From Leucoraja erinacea (taxonomy: Eukaryota): a DNA stretch of 64,000 bases. Location: the NCBI RefSeq assembly GCF_028641065.1, contig NC_073377.1, positions 160,394,001 to 160,458,000 of the forward strand, read 5' to 3'. The notes beneath the pieces are model-generated. The model made no database searches and was not told where the DNA came from. It saw nothing but the letters and a program-made list of their open reading frames with translations. This document shows positions 62,429 to 64,000 of this stretch, one piece after another (position 1 is the first letter of the stretch; every line of letters begins with the position of its first letter). The position numbers and the translations under genes were made by a program.

Positions 62429-64000
62429 GTATGAAATATGCACACACTGAACTTTTTTTCCCATTTATTACATTGTGTACAGTGTGCTATGTTTCCATAT
62501 TCTGTTGTGCTGTTGCAAGTAAGAATTTCATTGTTCTATCTGAGACATAATGTGAACCACTGCCCTCCCTGCTGCTCTCCTAGTTTCCTGGGTACCCCAG
62601 GTGGCCACCGTTGCACTTGCTACCCGAGAGAAATCTTTGGGTTGGGAGAACCATGTATAAAGGTACAGGAAAACAGGCTTTCATCATTTCCAACAGGTGA
62701 TGATAAGGGAGACGGTATGATCCTGCCAGTCTGTCAACAATGGAGCAGGTGTGGTCAGTCTCCCACAATCGGCTTCACACACTGTGCATAATCTCCACAT
62801 CTGTACAAATTTCCTGACGCCCGGGTTCCCAGTAGAGCAGCAGGGATAGTGGGGTTCATGCAAGATTTCTGTCAGAGCTGTGTTGTCAGTGACACATATG
62901 GAAAGCCACAATGTCCTCTTTTAGCAATAATTCAATTAGTACTTTCATTCCTGGGGATGCATTCTGCATGTTAAATGAAGTACGACTGCCATATTTAAAT
63001 TAAAGTAGCAATAATTCTAACAGAATTCGGTTGAAGTAAATTGCGGGGGTAGTACATGCAGATTGCGAAAACCTCCGAAGCACTAAATGTGGGGAATTCA
63101 ATTAACCTAATATTAACTGGTGTGAACAGTCAGTGTAAAAAGTATAGAGGGCACGGAATTTCTGAATTGTTTGCAGGACAACGATTCTAGCAAGTCTGTG
63201 GCAAGGCTACTAAAGAAAAGTATGTAAGAAGTGGTGTGTAATTCAAAATTTAGTTTTAGGAGTTGAAGCTGACATGATTAATGGAAGCATTTGTAATTCA
63301 CTTAAATTCAACATAGCTGTGGAAAAAGACAAATGAGAAAATAGAAGCGAGGGTTCTAAATGGGACGAATAATAAAATAAAAAGGAGAAAGGCAATAAAA
63401 GATCTGTTAGTTAATTTTGGTGCTGAGAAAACTATTGGAATCAATTCTAATGAACACTTTAAAACTTAATTTAAAAAGGCATATGTTAATCAATGACAGT
63501 CGATGTGGATTTGTGAAGGGAAGGTAACATAATAGTTAGGGCTTTTGTTGTAGTCGACGTGAATCTTATCAAGTCTTTCGATAAAATCCCATATAATAAG
63601 CTGTCGAAAAGGTAAAAGCCCAGAAACATCCAAAGTCAATTCAAAATTGGCTCAGTGACAGGATACAAAAGGTAATGTTTTTTTATGAATGGCAGAAAGT
63701 GGAGCTCTTCAGGGTTCAGTACTTGGGTGGCACAGCAGCTCCCCCAGCTTCCATAACATCCAATAGGAGGTGACGGGAGAGAGCATAGGATCATGGTGAG
63801 CCGTCAACTTGTGAAGCAGCTGCTGAGTGTCTGTAGCAATAAACCACACTCACTTTGCTGGGCAGGTTGCAGCCCTGAGTCCTACATCACAGCACTGAGG
63901 GCTGACCCTGCTCACCCCAGTCCTCGTAAATACTCTCTGCGTTATGTCTTGATGGTTCACTCCACACTGAATAATACAGTGATGAAATGACCAAATCTCC

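Noticed and set aside
59300-64000. FBXW7 alpha or gamma first exons
   Set aside because: No acidic alpha-type or MSKPGK-like gamma-type coding sequence with a donor site was found; probably beyond the window

Overview
Eukaryotic, vertebrate genomic DNA. The repeat content (HER1-like CR1 LINEs, HE1/V-SINE remnants, Penelope-like elements) suggests a cartilaginous fish, probably a skate or ray; that assignment is inference. The only real gene is FBXW7 on the minus strand. It has ten common coding exons (57008 down to 24234; 83/142/135/124/137/114/182/226/211/269 nt, all GT-AG, 1623 nt), a beta-type first exon ending at 58982 (MGFYGTLKMIFFK) and a ~1.5 kb 3' UTR with a poly(A) signal at 22744-22749. 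Alpha and gamma first exons were not found in the window. The rest is intronic or intergenic and full of retroelement fragments (CR1, Rex1/Babar, L1/Tx1, Penelope-like) and four PIF/Harbinger-type MITEs. There is one assembly gap (19284-19622) inside a polypurine tract. Most ORFs in the supplied track are repeat fragments or noise. Highlights: (1) many Penelope-derived fold-back insertions carry minimal hammerhead-ribozyme cores; (2) in the beta exon, sequence matching the mammalian beta N-terminus is an out-of-frame uORF overlapping a p53 response element; (3) three GC-rich non-coding elements share a covarying hairpin module, two of them with different LINE-type tails; (4) near-identical inverted CR1 copies flank a WD40 exon.
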